From assembly GCA_965655095.1 (NCBI GenBank), contig OZ296655.1:33356001-33420000 (forward strand): a stretch of 64,000 nt of DNA, written 5' to 3'. This document shows, in pieces, positions 40,520 through 54,240 of the stretch. Position 1 is the first letter of the stretch; every line of letters begins with the position of its first letter. The stretch is from Haplodiscus bocki (lineage: Eukaryota). The notes below the pieces were generated by a model. The model made no database searches. It was given only the letters and a program-made list of their open reading frames with translations, and was not told the DNA's origin. Made by a program: the position numbers and the translations under genes.

Positions 40520-43500
40520 GTTGTTCGAGGTAACATCATAGCAGCAGTACATCCTGCTACATAAACGTATCATCTCTGTACAACTGAACTCTTCTTGGAA
40601 AGAAACCATGCTCTCACTTGTCATTCTTTTGTACTTTAAACAGCACGTTTGAGGGGAAAAATCCGACTGAATCAGCATTGAAACTATCATTGCAATCCTT
40701 TAATCGCAAATGCTCCCATTTTTGTTTCATTGCAGATCGGACGCAATTTTCCAGCTCGTTGACGGCAAAAACAAGATGCAGTGAATCTACGTCCATCTCC
40801 AACTCCCAGAACTTTTACGCCACAAAATTTAAAAAACTACTAGTTTCCAACTTCAACTAGACTTCCAACATCAATAGTTTTGCGTTTTGAAGAATGAGGA
40901 ACCCGGCTACGATTACTTCTCCATGTTCAATTTGCGCTCTGGCGAGTTCAGCGTCATACAATGCATTGTTCACGTGATCTAGATTTTTGAGCGTTTTACT
41001 GTTAATAGCGGCATGTGTAATTTCGTCGCAGAGGTACTTCGTCACAGCGCGTCGACTGCAGCCTATATTGTGGTAGGCAGAGGAACTTTAGCCTAGCAGC
41101 TTCATCATCTCAGCACCAAAAATTCAGTTGCGATTCTCATCATTTAGTCTTCTGGCATCTACTGCTGCCTGTACAAAGCTGTTAAATTTTTTTTTCTAAG
41201 TGTAATCAACAAAATAGTAGGTTTTTGTACAAACGATATCCAGTTCAAGATAAAAAGAGAAACAGATTAGTTATCAGTTACTCAGTTCGTAACGTGAAGC
41301 TCGAGATCAACATTTTGTGAGGAGGTTGAGAAAATGTCGCTTTTCCACGGGCAGACTTTCACAATAAATCTCATTTCTCTGTGACTGAAAGAAGTGGCCT
41401 TGAATTCTGGAAGGAAGTTAGCAGAAATTGCCATCGAAATTTCAGGCACTCCAATATCGCATCGAACGTAGCCAAGCAAATGTCAGTTTCCAATTTATCT
41501 CAAAAGTTGGTCAGCTACAACTGAACGTCTGTGAGGGAAATTTTTCGTACATGTTGGGTAACACTACTAGTTCTCTTAAACAGACTCCACCAAAGACACT
41601 CCCACATATCAATGTCAATGAAGCTCCTTCCCTGTATCTTCGTCTCAATTGATTAAGTCTCTTCTTCCTACTGACACGTTTAATTTCCTTTCAGTGAGAC
41701 ATGCACATATTTCCAAACTGGGACAAAAAAGTCAAAAGCTACGCAAAGCTTCGAACACAGTGTTACATTGAGAACAAAATCCATCAACAGCGAGCCAGTC
41801 AGTTATTTTCTGTCTGCCTGTTTTTCATAAGCTTTAAAGTTTACAGTCTGGACTTGTTTGTTGAAAATAGTGCATGACCAAAATTTCAGAACTAAGATTC
41901 TTGTTTTGTCCAGGTGCAACTAGTCTCTAAATTGAATAACCAACGCGTAAAAATACTGTTCGGCACGGTTTGACTCATCACATAGGTTATTTCTTGGCCA
42001 GCAACGGACCCAACAAAATTTTCGCTCAAGTTTGTTGACCTTCGAAAAAAAAGAAAGTTTTGTCAACAACTGCTCTACCCGTAAAAACGATGGATGGGCC
42101 AACCTCTTGATTTTCTTACCAATTGGTCTTTATCTAATTCCTCAAAGGAATCAATTTCGCGCCTGTTGATTTCTGTAGACAAACACAGGCCAGAAATGGT
42201 AATATGCAATTGAATTTTAACCTATCGATAGCCTTGTTGTGGTAAAATGCGATCAAATTTTACAGGCCTCGAAAGTTCAATCAACATCTTCAATGGTATA
42301 CCAGGAAAAAAACTTTGAACGGGCTCATTTGTTCCTGCCTACATATTTCATGCAGGTATTGATAGTTGTTGACTCTAGAAAAAGGTGGCCTTGATAGCTT
42401 CAATTAGATAAGGCTTTCTTCTGTGGTCATTCCTTTTTCAAGAGTTTAAAATAGTCATTTTTTGGGCTTCACGAGAATTGCAGCTATGTAGTTTACTGTG
42501 AAAGGAGTCAAATGGGCAAAGTTATCTGTTTCGAGTTTTGTCCAAGTGGTCAATCCTATCGTATTTCTGATCACTGAAGTTTTGCATGCTTTCAAGATTG
42601 AGTAAAGATTTGTTGCTCTGCCGAGAAAACTCAGCACCCAATAGTTGATTTTCACCGAATTTGAAAGAGAGTAATGAGTTCGCTTTTTTGATGACACCAC
42701 GCTCAATGTCTCGTTCGTTAACAGGAAGGGTTCGGAAATGATTTTTGATTGAATTGAGTTCAAATTTTGCACTTTTTATAATATTTACAGCAAAATTAAT
42801 GCAAAAACGTTCCTGGTGATCAATTGATGGATACTTTTGAAACTATTATATTTGTTCAGAGGTTGAGTTTTTGTCCGCACAAATAACGTGTCTGATGTGG
42901 AACCTTCTCAATTGCGACCGTTTAATTTGACATTGCGTGAGTAGTTCCAGGATGCTGCCCACTTAAATCTCATTGTTGTATCAAAGTCATGGGAAAATTT
43001 TTTCATTATTGTTTTGTTTTTGAGATCCAAAGGAAAAATGGTTCATCCACAATGTTTCAAGAAATTGATACTGATTTCGCAACAAATTTCCTCACCTGCG
43101 TTGTTATTTATCTTTCCCTGAAGGTCTTCTGAAACAACTCGATTCAGAGTCGGGTATCAGGAACTTTTGGGACTTTGTTGTGTCGTGTACTTTGTAGAAA
43201 AAGAGTCCAGCGTGTGTGAGAAAGATTCTCGAATTTGAATTACGTTCCGGGGACATACCTTTCTTAACTCAATCCCTGAGTCCGGTTAAAGATGATGCTC
43301 AATAAAATGTCCTGCTGAACGAAGTGTCAAAATTAGAAGATTCAAATCATTAAAAGACTGCATTAAAGTTCTTCACCAGGCATATATTTCTTTTGTATTG
43401 CAGTAATCGCAAAAAAACTGCTTTTTTGCTTTTTTTGTGAAGCAATTTCTCGAATAGTGCTCCCATCCACAAAGTCCATATCTTATAGCAGAAGATTTAA

Positions 43501-44330
43501 TGTTAGCACATCCTCACCAACTGAAAAACCGTTTGTGTAGACTCCTTGGAACTGATTTTGATTACATCAAACCTTTCCCCTCAGGAAGGTTTGGTTCTTT
43601 TTTGAAGATTCTTCTTCCAAAGTTTAACTGCCGTGAAAATGGAGAGCAAGGACAAAACAAACGCGTTCTATAGTGGTCATTAAATTGCTGAGTTCCTTTC
43701 TCTACAAACCTAAATGGATTGATTGTGCAGTTTTTCGCAGTGGTTTGGATAAGACACCATCTCCGCGACCCATGGGTAGGTTTTTAAGTGACGCAGCAAA
43801 ACAGTTAAAATTGTGAGCTTGTAAAATTTCCACCTTTTGTTGATACTTTCGGTAACACAAAACTCGATGTTGTCAATTTTGTTGGTAAGATCTTTTATCC
43901 TTCTCAAGTCATCCTAGGTGAACAAACATCTCGAGCAATCCACCAGGAAATTACTTTTGTCTGAGCCTCCTAGCTCCTCTACATTTCAAAAAGAACGCAA
44001 ATGCTAGATTCAATTTGCTGCATTCTTCCGGTTGTTGAGGAATTGATCACGTTTCTCTTCCACACCTTTTTGCGTCAAGATGTTCCAATGCTTAGTTTGA
44101 AATTTGTGTCTCGCCCTTTCAAGCTCAAAATCCACAGAAAGATATTGACAATTCCTGTCTAAATCTCGTGTCACCGACTTCGTTGGTGACATCTTCAGGA
44201 TCGAGATTTGTTTTCTCAGTGAAACAATCATGTTTAAAGCTTGTATGTTCCCGTAAAGCAAAAAAGGCTACAGATTCTTCGTAACAAAATTTACACTTCA
44301 AAGTAACATCAAAATCAGGAGTGCTGAGTT
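40520..44330 (-). pseudogene. pPolB of element D
   Basis: CKFCYEE...ALREH (C2H2); KRWKFYKLT; GYVRCDIGVP; TKYLCDEITHAAINSK...AQIEH...GFLILQNAKLLMLE; EMDVDSL (motif C); EEFSCTEMIRLCS...YCCYD. Confidence 0.85.
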
Positions 44331-47300
44331 GCTTGGTTACATGACAAATTAGGTTATCAAGGGAAATTCCTGAAGAAAATGGTTAGTTAGCTGAGGAGAA
44401 GCTTCAAACAGAACAACTGTTTTTTTAAATTGCAAAGTTAAGACTCGTAGTTTGAGTTCCGTAGTTTCACAATTAAACTTTTCGTTTCAATTGAGTGAAG
44501 GTTTCTCAATAATATTATATTAACAGAAAAGTTTAACTAGAATGTAAAAAACGAAAAAAATTGACGGTGGTGACGGAACGTGGAAGAATGGCAAACAACT
44601 CTTAGCAAGTGTTAATCGTTACTTTATTCCACTTACGGAAAGGCCAAAAAGAGAAAAACTAGAACTCAAATGACCATGACAGCAAACACTGTTACAAATG
44701 ACCAAAGAAACACCTGTGAAACTAAGTTGCAGCTCAAAAAGTAAAATGAAGCCTAATGTAAACCAATGACCATACACAAGTAACCCTTTGACACATACTA
44801 CACGACAGTGTTCTCAACAATTGGTGAAACGACGTTTTCAAACTAATAATTTTTCCCTACAAATATTTCTGTTATTCTAAAAATCAAAATATTTTACTTA
44901 AACCATAGAAGGAGAGAATAAAGTGAAAAACAGAAAATGGAAAAATGGCATCATAAAACCGTAAAACGAGATTTCAATCAAAAATTTAACGCAAAATCCA
45001 AAAAGACTCCAAACTAGCACCAATGATGAAGCATAAGCGAAACTTCAACAAAAACTACTCTAACTTGTTCTCTGTTAATCTTTACTGAAATTTTTCCGTA
45101 AACGTTGTTGCGTAATTATAAGCCGTTCCACTGATAAGGAGTTAGTCTGTCCGACAAAACGAGTGAAGTGGAACAATGATCGTACAATAAGGCGACGGAC
45201 ATTTTGAGGAAAATGATCAAGTGGAACGAATGTACCCCTGATACGGAGACAGCTTGTCGGATAAAAACTTTCAAATGGATTAATTTCCTCAGATAACGAG
45301 ACATATTGTCTGATTAAATTGTTCAATCGGAACAATTATACTATGAGTCTCACCTCATGGTACAAGTACTTTCGAGTGAAGTGTCAATCAAACCCATAAA
45401 AGCAAGATATTTCAACTAGAGATTGCCAAATCGGGTGAAGAGGGTAAAAGCTTCAGATCACAGGCTCATAGAATGAGAAAGGTTAATTGCTGCCATACAA
45501 CAACATAACAAAACTAATGATCCTATGAAAGTTTTTAATCACTAGAGTTCTCTTAAACAATTTCTTCGTCAAAAAGATTGTTTGGTTTGAAAGCGTAGCC
45601 ACTGAACTCCGATAATGAAGAAACTATTGATTGCATGACACCATTTACAACGAAACAGTGCAATGAAATACCCTGATGACAGAGAAACTGTGCCCCACGT
45701 TTTTACCACTGTACCCCTGGTTCTACCACTTCGTAACAGTTGTTGATCAGAAAACAGTTACCTTCTGTGGATAAGCTATTTTCCGTTTGTTCGAACTGTA
45801 TTCAAACTACGAACAGGTTTCCGAAACCTTTTTGGACGAAGCAAACATAGGTAACTACTTTTGCCACAACATTTTTGATGAATCACAGTTTCACCATCGA
45901 ATAGTTCGTGTCAGCAGAGGTCCCAACCAAAACAATTTTGCAAACGATATGATACATTTCTGCAACCTACAGATGCAACATGGTTTTTCTTCGATTGAAG
46001 AAGTCGATATATCAAGAAGGAAAGTTTTTGCAAGGTCTAATAATTTGCAGGATTTCCTCAAAGCCTAGGACCAATCTACCAAATCTACATAGATTCCACT
46101 ACCTCAGCCATTAAAACTGATTCTACAAAATGTGAAAACGATGGAATTGTTTACAGTCTAACGGACGTTAGTAAACATTCAAATATACCAAAACATTCAC
46201 ATTTTAGTTCCTAACAAAAATGTGCCTTTCTTCTCCAAAAACTCGACCATCACTGTGACCAAATTTTTCTTACAGACTTTGTTAACTTGATAAGTCTTAA
46301 AATTTACAGTCTATACAAGAATTGCAATTTCATTGGATACCACTGCAAATTAGTCTAGAGCCACTATGACGTTGATGCTTCTAAGAACGATGAACTAATG
46401 TCTTTTGTAAGATTGCTCAAGTTAGTTTTTATTTCGCGTTAGAAGTTCGTGAGGCATAGGCACGTATTGAAACAATACCGCTACAAATGTTGAAAGATGA
46501 ATAAATTCCAATGAAGAAACGTCCCTTATCCCGAAAAATTAGTGAAAAATATAAAGACTACAGAGGTTATGGGCGACGTGTCGAAAACGCTTGAACCAAA
46601 ATGTGTGTACATTACGACACTCGAATTGATTTCAGCCAGGTGTTGCAATTGGGAAAGTGTTAAAACTAAAAACCATGAATTCAACCATTCAAATAAGAAG
46701 CAGAAAAGAAGAAATTGCCTATTTGGCAGAGATGGAACATATTGTATTGCTAGAAACACAAGTCGTCCTAAGAACTGGCGAAAACGCATCCCTTACTGAG
46801 AAGATATCGTCAGAAAACGGTCAAACTTGAACTAGTACTAAATAAAACTAAATACGAAACAACAGTGGAACAAACGTGTTGACTTCCCTTTGGCCGACGC
46901 AATCAACAAGATATTCATATCCAATCTTTTTTAAACAATTTCTGTCTACAGTAACACAGCAGGATTTTCCTAGTGTTCAAAGATGGTAACCAGTGTACCC
47001 TTGATTTTGGCCCGGGTTCTGTAATTCCGAAATTGAAACTTTTTGTCCAAAATTTTACAGTTAGATCACAAAAATGTCCTTTTGCTACACCAAACTTGCT
47101 ATCGCAAAAAAGTCAAGACTCTTCGGGTATCTAGCGCAAGTTTCAATTACCCCAACGATCAAGGTACTGTACAAATACGGGACGTAGTACTCTTAAGAGC
47201 AGTTGCACAGGAGATGGACCCAAATGGGAATCAGTTGTCTGATCTTGAAGACATTGATTGTCACTGGGAAGATCTTGACTTGAATATGAATACAGCTTTT

Positions 47301-47598
47301 TAACCAAGCTTAGACAAGCCATTTTCTCGTCAACATTCAATCACTTTGAGATGCTTTCAGAGGTTGAAAACTTGATACTGATTGCCGACGACAAAAAATC
47401 ACCACGATCAACCCAGTTTCTCAGCAACTCAATCAGCTTCCCAGGTTGCGAGAAGTCGCCATTTTGAAACAAGTATAAAAGTGTTTCCGGTTTTTTGTAT
47501 TGAAATTTATTTCAATACGTATTGCTGCGTAGGTAAAAAACTAAAAAAAATACCCTAATATTTCAATCTATCAAAGTTTTCCTCAAAACTAGTTAAAC

Positions 47599-47851
47599 AT
47601 GTGTGATATAGAAACAATTTCACTTTCTTCACCGATAATCCTCGTAGTGGCAGTGAAATTCTGCATATATCATTTCATGGTGAAAAAAAGGGCCACCACA
47701 GTAAAATGACCAATTAAAATTTCTTGTAAAAATGGAAACACACAGGTTTCAAAACAACGAAGACCATTACTGACTTGGAAGTTGTCTTACCCTGTACCTG
47801 TAGTTGCTTATGGTTGTCTGGAAATAACGATGTGAAAAGTATATGTGGGGT
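47599..47851 (+). pseudogene. Decayed copy of the EGF-like gene (element D)
   Basis: aaaactagttaaacATG start context (aaaactagtcggacATG in C); MCDIETI..IILVVAV; GHHSK; CTC; RCEKYMW. Confidence 0.8.
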
Positions 47852-47894
47852 AAAAAGTTTAAGACTTAACAACACAAGTCATGAATTATTTGAT

Positions 47895-48480
47895 CCAAAA
47901 ACTGACACATTGTGGAGATTTTGAGTAGGAATCCGACACGTTGTTAAATTCTGATTCAAAATTTGAATTGCTCCAGAAAACTTGGTAAATAATACTGCTT
48001 TTATGAAAACACAAAACTCGAAAAATTTATATTTCTGACAGAGTGAAATGACTCAAAACTTGAGTTTTTCAATGCATACTTTTCTTCAAAAACTGATTTT
48101 TCAAAGTCATTTCCATTTCTGAATATGACGTGTTGTAAAAATTCTGATTCGAGGTCTGACCTCTTGTAGATAACTTGTTTCAAAATCTGACGCTCGATTC
48201 AGAAGTTGATTAGTTCTAAATTTTTGATTCAGAATCTGACGCCTTGTAAATTTTGTGATTCGAAGTCTGACTTATTGTAAAAACTTTGAATCAAAATCTG
48301 ACAAGTTATAAAGTTTTCATTCCAAGATTTGAAACTCTGTGGAAATTTTATTTAAAATCTTGACTCTTGTAACAATTCTGAAGCAAAAATGAAGCGTTGT
48401 AGAAAACTTGACTCAAAGTTTGAAAAGTTGTTGTTCTTTGATTCAGAATCTGACGTCATGCAAACAACTTAATCGAGAAT
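47895..48480. repeat. ~31-bp tandem array (gattcaaaatctgacgcgttgtaaaa), reverse complement of 58,150-58,715
   Basis: Repeated aatctgac...ttgtaaa units. Confidence 0.85.
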
Positions 48481-49130
48481 CCTAATTTAAATTTGATTTT
48501 TAGGTTCTTGTTGACAACTCTTTTCTGCTGCGAACATCAGAAAAAATTGTTTTCCACTTCTGATGTAAAAGACAAAATCTGTTTTGAAGAAGCCAACACA
48601 ACTATATATAGCCAAAAGTTGCTGCACACAACAAAACCCCCGTGAAGTTGGAACAAAACTGTCAGCAGATATTTGATAACATTTACTTTTGACCATAACT
48701 TGTAGAGCAAAAGTTCTTACAAAATAACAGTGTTTCTTAAAGCACACCGCTACTTAAACGATAATATGCACGTAATAATGAAACTTCGTGCCAGTTTTTT
48801 TACCGGTTTTGTGGCGCAACAAGAAAAACAAAAACAACACGAATATAATCACGGTTACACAGAAATTACGCGCTACTGAGATTGAATATGCCATTACATT
48901 CGTCGCTGTCTTGAAAAAAGATTTTCTGAACGCGTGGCATGTAATTCTTTTTAAATTGTTTGCTTTTTTGAAAAATGTCTGTTTTGTTAACTGGATTCCT
49001 TCTGGCTACAATAATAAATGGTTTTGCGCCACCAACAGACTTGTGCAAACTCCAATCAGCTGCGGCAAACCGTCTGTTCAAGAAGATTTTGTTTCAAAAG
49101 GTACCAAATGACTAGTTTGATTACCATAAT

Positions 49131-49560
49131 AGTAGTAACAGTGTGAGCTGATCAGTTGGAGTGGTGGGGGTGGAAGACCCTCCATGTAAAGAGATAAGCT
49201 ATAGCGAGCCGAGTCAAGCCCGGAGCCGAAAAGGGTTTTCCACTCTAGCCGGGAGCTCTCGGGTGTTTTTCGGCACTGTGATACACGATTCTTATTGGCT
49301 GCCGAGGATTCTGATTGGCTGCCGACAAGAATTTGGTTTTGGGTTAAATTTGGGATTTTTTCTTAAGGTATTAACATAGAGTATAGTTCGGCTCAATGTA
49401 TAAAGATATCGAATGGGGTATTTTCGGCACTGTGCGTCAATTTTCGGCACTGTGAGACTTTTTCGAGAAAAAATTTTTGAATATTCTCCAGGGCCCCCGC
49501 GCGGATATTAGTTAGGGCGCGGACCAATTCTGACGCCCGCGGCTAATTTTTACGCCTGGG
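49131..49560 (+). repeat. Putative left terminal inverted repeat of element C
   Basis: Starts AGTAGT, typical of Polinton ends; GC-richer and non-coding; internal repeats ttttcggcactgtg x3 and attggctgccga x2. Partner TIR would lie outside the window. Confidence 0.65.
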
Positions 49561-49710
49561 ATACTGATAAGACTTAGTGCTACTTTAAAAGATTGTATGA
49601 TAGTTTACAATGTAATTTGGGTGATAGTTTAGAGAAACTTAATTAGAATGTATAAAATTGGGCAAAAACGTAATAAAAACTGCACATTTTTACATAAAAA
49701 GATGGAAAAA

Positions 49711-50095
49711 TTACATAAAATTACCTATAAAAGAGAGTACATTAACGTCATGAACTCCTGTAATTTCTTCCTGTCGAAAGGTGAAGAGATGGAAAGCTGC
49801 ATGTTTTGTATAAAAGCCGCATACACTTGGGCGAGACTGTAGGGGTGCCGGCATCATCTGCTTGTAGTGCGGGCTGTTGAGAAAACTGTACCCTTTACAT
49901 CCAACGTAGTCTGCAAAATAAAATTCATGTCGGAAGCTTGCAATTATGATCCAATGTTCACCCTGCATAGTGCTGGGTTGCGTGTTGATAAAAGCAAAAG
50001 TGTCATTATGAAGAGTTGCAACATAGTCTGAGGGGAACGAACCGAGTTGCCGAAATTTGAGCAGAGGGATACGATTGATAATTTGTTGCAGAGCA
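49711..50095 (-). CDS. Adenain-like (C5) maturation cysteine protease; start codon apparently lost
   Basis: GSFPSD...FINTQPS..GEHW...YFAD...LQS..SVCGFY: His/Asp/Gln/Cys catalytic residues present. Confidence 0.9.
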
Positions 50096-50100
50096 ATTTT

Positions 50101-51454
50101 TTACAAATTCTTGCCAACAACACCAATATTGTCAACTGCAACCGACGACATTCGTTCACCCAATACAATGAATTCAGTAGCGTTTTCAAGAGGTTGGGTA
50201 AAATTTAGTTCCAGTCTCAGTGGTTCTCCAACAGGTTCAGGATAGTGACAATTTTCAGTAGCGTCTTGCATTGAAGTCAAGTCAAACACCAGCACTTATT
50301 GATCTTTGAAATCATCAATGTGGATTGGAGGAATATCATCCTCAAAGTTCATTGCTTTCATGGTAGTCACATATAGACGACAATAGTCACCAGTATCAAA
50401 ATCTACAATTGCCTGTCCATTTCTGTGTATTTTAATTTGTCTGAGATCAAATTGTTGATACCAGAATGGGTTTTCAGTAGAAGAACCAGTGAAGGTAGAG
50501 TTTCTGTTCATTGCAAACGTGACTCGACGAATGGGAGCATTGTTGAAAATGTTTTTTGAATGAATTGGTTTTGTCGCGCAGGTATGATGAATGTCTTCGC
50601 CAAAGTCTCCAAAGAATTGTATTCTACAGGAGCAAAAGCGAGCATATCCAATCTGTTTTTGTGATAATTATCCTTGAGAGCAAAACAACGAGTGTAAAGA
50701 GGACAATCCACAATTCCAAGACTGACATTGGGGTGATCACTAATCATGTAGAAATTGGGTCTAGCTCTAATAGGTCGCAGTCTATTTTTCATATTTGGAT
50801 AGAGCAGTTCAGAAATTGAGAAAAAATCAATCCCCAGTTTGCCATACAACATGAAACCATCAGGTCTACTTAGCAGTTTCATTCTCCTAGTAAAAAAGGG
50901 ATCATGTAGGGGGTTACTAATATCCTCAGGATCCTGTTCATAGCCATAGACTTTACAATGCGATACTCCCTTGTATTCAGAGATTGCTGCCTTAAAGTTG
51001 TTTGAAATGTAAGACTTGTGTGCATAGAGTCCATTGGAATTGTAAATCTGCTGATTGTTAATGTACACTTCAACATTTGAAAATATCGAATGCATTATGT
51101 TGTTTATATAGGTACCTCGAGCTACTTCTTCTTGTTCTTCTTCGTCCTCTGTTCCTGTTTCAGTGAAAACAACAGAATCATCCTTGTGCTCCTTTTTCTT
51201 TTCCTTACTCTCGTATTTATCGTAAACACGTCCTTTGACAACTTTGAGCTTCAATGCCAAAAAAACTGTCTCAAATGAAAGTAATAGTCCCGATCCGTTT
51301 GAAATTCAAACTCAATGCAGTTTTCGTCAAATGAGGTAGTTGGATAAGTTTCTTCTTCATGCGAGCACAGAACATTGTCAACAATTGGGACTATCCCTCC
51401 AAGATTTCCAGACACTGCCACAAAAGGTTGGTACCGAAAATTGTTGTTTGACAT
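50101..51454 (-). pseudogene. Double-jelly-roll major capsid protein
   Basis: YPTTSFDENCIEFEF; NNIMHSIFSNVEVYINNQ; ENPFWYQQFDL; VFDLT...LRLELNF..PL. Two frameshifts and one stop. Confidence 0.92.
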
Positions 51455-51456
51455 GA

Positions 51457-51812
51457 TCAACGATAAATGTTTCTAAAAATGTCTATTCGCGACCGACTGG
51501 ATTGTTGAGTAGATATTGTTGGAATGATTCTCCTCTGTTTACTACCGCTACCCAACTGTTTTTTGAGAGTTCGCTTTCCCACATTCTTTGCAGCGGACTT
51601 GAAAGATTTTCTAACACTAATAACTTCTCCAATCTCTGGTGCAGCAAATTCCTACATGTCAGCACCTATGCGTTTGCCGCTGCGGCGACATATTTAGGCA
51701 AAAATGGAATTGCGGTTCTCCCAATAAATTGTGCGAGACCCCCAAATCCCCTTCCCCTCTGTCTTCCAACCCTTCTATAGTATGGAATTTCTACTTGTCT
51801 CGAAGCAACCAT
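51457..51812 (-). pseudogene. Small basic core-like protein
   Basis: MVASRQVEIPYY...RQRGRGFGGLAQFIGRTAIPF...KQLGSGSKQRR; frameshifted. Confidence 0.65.
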
Positions 51813-51830
51813 CTTGTAGTACCGTATGTG

Positions 51831-52635
51831 TTAGAAATGAATGTTGGACACATTTCTAAACATCAAAACAAGGCGAGTGATACCGACAGATACAAGGGGT
51901 ATTTCTTCACAAGATGTGTCTCTCAGATCAATGTGTATACTATGAAAAAAGTTTTTGAGCAGAAGTCTAGACTGTAGGTTACTGAATGTCTGATAGTTCA
52001 TGTACTGTCCAGTTGTTCTAATGTCTCCTCCCTTTGGCTTTGAGATAAAGGGAAAGAATCTTAGCAAGGGAGCTTTTGTGTCTCCAACAAAGTTGTACTC
52101 TACTAGATTGCTGTAAATCCTCAGCGAATGGATACGAACAATGTCGATGGCAATTTCATATTCATGAGGTCCTTTTCCTATCATCAGTACCCCAAATTCG
52201 TTTGCCACATTGTTACCAAAAATCTGACCCAAGTCGGTGCTACAGAATGCAAGAGCAGAGATAGCGTTTGCAAGCATAATTACAACTTTTTGCGTTCTGC
52301 GAGAAACCTTGACTGTTATGCAAGCTTCGTTGTGGTTGTTTCTCTCTTGAATGAGCGTATTCATGGCTTCCTCAGTGTCTATGTTGGAAGTGTATAGACC
52401 AGGTTCTATATTGTAGGTTGACGTAAATTTTCAAAGTCTCTCGTCAGAAAACATGAATTTCGCCTCCGTTATAATTTTGGTACATTGATGTGTAGGATGT
52501 TTCTGAAATTGCAACCTCGTATTGCCCCTCCACGTTTACTCGCTCTGGTAAAAAGTGTGTAAAAAAACTGAGTGTATTGTTTGGAAACAATTCTCCAGAA
52601 GCGTTAGAAACCAACTCTTTTGTAAAAGAGTTCAT
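51831..52635 (-). pseudogene. Minor capsid protein (penton)
   Basis: LVSNAS..FPNNTLS.FT..LP...GQYEVAISE; IYSNLVEYNFVGDTKAPLLR; IHIDLRD...LVLMFR; frameshift near 52,450. Confidence 0.9.
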
Positions 52636-52637
52636 TG

Positions 52638-53534
52638 TTAAATGGCTTTAATCAGCTTTTTTTGATGAAATTTACCTTGAATAATCTCGTCCTGCTCATC
52701 CTTGATTTTGTTTGTTGGTAGTTTTCTTGTTGCAAATGCTACAATTTCAAAAACTTCTCGTGTAAACTGCGGCTTGCATCTTTTGCGAAAAAGCAAATCA
52801 TACTTTGAGATTCGCACTCTATCACCAGTTTTGAATGTACGTTTCTTATATTCTCGTAAAGGTTTACTGTAAAGAATAGACATAAAGTCGAAAATCTTTA
52901 CGGTAATGAGTCTCATATCAATCGAACTGTTTGGTCTGGAGTTCAGGCTAGTATTAAATTGAGGTTATTTGTGTATATACTTGTATCCAAAAACCTCCAT
53001 GTAACGGTAAAGTACATTTTTCAAAGATCGTATTGTACGTTCAGCAAAAGCCGCCTTAGTCTCACACATAGTAGATTAAACTTGTATCTCCTCTGCAGCA
53101 AAAAACTTTTTAGACGCTCCAGCAAATTCGGTCCTCTTGTCAACCCAAATATTTTTCGGTCGATTACTTTTTGTAATCATGGATGAAAAGGCCTTTCACA
53201 GTTTCATGAGAATCTTTCGTTTTCGTTCCTTTAGCAGTTACAGTTCTATCAAACAAGTCTTGACGAACTAGTAAAAACTTTACACCGTTATTCTCTTTTG
53301 CAAATTTATCAATGCAAGCAAGGTCCATGCACAAAACTTCATTTCTGAATCTAGCAAAAGCCCTCATTCTCTTGAGTTTTCGTGATGTCGAAGTAAATTT
53401 TGTATAAGAAGCCTTTGAATGTAAAAACTGTCTCACCTTTAACACTGGTAATCTGCTAGCTTCTGTCAAGTTGCGTAGAGAACCGTAAGCAGCAGCACCT
53501 TGCGTATACAGTCTTTGCAACGTCTGACATTCAT
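52638..53534 (-). pseudogene. Retroviral-like (rve) integrase
   Basis: LY...AAYGS; CMDLA (D); WVDKRTEF (D); AFAERTIRSLK (E); FKTGDRVRISK..FRK...FTREVF. Confidence 0.93.
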
Positions 53535-53943
53535 ACTTTGAAAAGGACCCAGCTTTCTCTATCTTTAGCTTTGGCAATCTGTTTAAAAACTAGAGAGAGT
53601 GATATTCCAGCAGCGTGGAGTAAAGTAAAATAAATGTCTGGAACGTCCACGTTTTTTCGACGCAAAAGTAAGGTAAAGTCTGAGATTATTACCCCACTAT
53701 CAACACCATCCAAAATTATTGTTTGCGAAATTGAAAGCTTGATGCAAGAACAGGATAAAATCTTGTCTATCAGGGTGTCTGCTTTACCAAACAGTTTCTT
53801 GTTAAGGTCTCTCTTTAGAGAATCAATTTGGTACGTGGGAGGTTGTTCTGCTGTCTACTCTGGAAGCTCCTGCTTGGTAACAGATTGCGTAGTCACACTC
53901 TTGTTATACACAGAAGCTGGGACAAGAGCAGACTGCTCCATAT
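53531..53943 (-). pseudogene. Polinton hypothetical protein
   Basis: MEQSALVPASVY...ILDGVDSGV..SDF...LRRKN; internal stop; lies between ATPase and integrase. Confidence 0.5.
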
Positions 53944-54240
53944 CAAGACAAATGATTAATGACGGGAAGTGTAATGACTGCTATTAGTTGCAATCCTTTT
54001 TCTGAAGACAGAACGTTTCTTCTTTGCTTCCAAGTTGTTCTTTTTAGCAATAGTAACCAAACTTCGTCTTGAAACTTTACTACGTGATGTCTTTTTATGG
54101 CCTGCAAGTTTCCTTTGAGTAGGTTTGCCATGCATTGGCATGGAAGGCGGATAAACTCTTTTGGGCAAGACTGAAGAAAGTGGCTTTTGCATTTGTGGGA
54201 AAGCGATTGGAACAGTTGGAGAGTACAAAATTTTGTGTGT
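53943..54240 (-). pseudogene. Small Polinton hypothetical protein
   Basis: C..NLLKGNL...KQRRNVLSSEKGLQLI..ITLPV; a similar decayed ORF lies after the ATPase in B (~11,700-11,960). Confidence 0.5.

Larger units (their letters stand above)
40520..49130. mobile_element. Polinton element D: older relative of C, opposite orientation, ending at 49,130
   Basis: pPolB on the - strand, followed by homologues of C's 61,000-57,480 genes and repeat array in mirror order. Confidence 0.85.
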
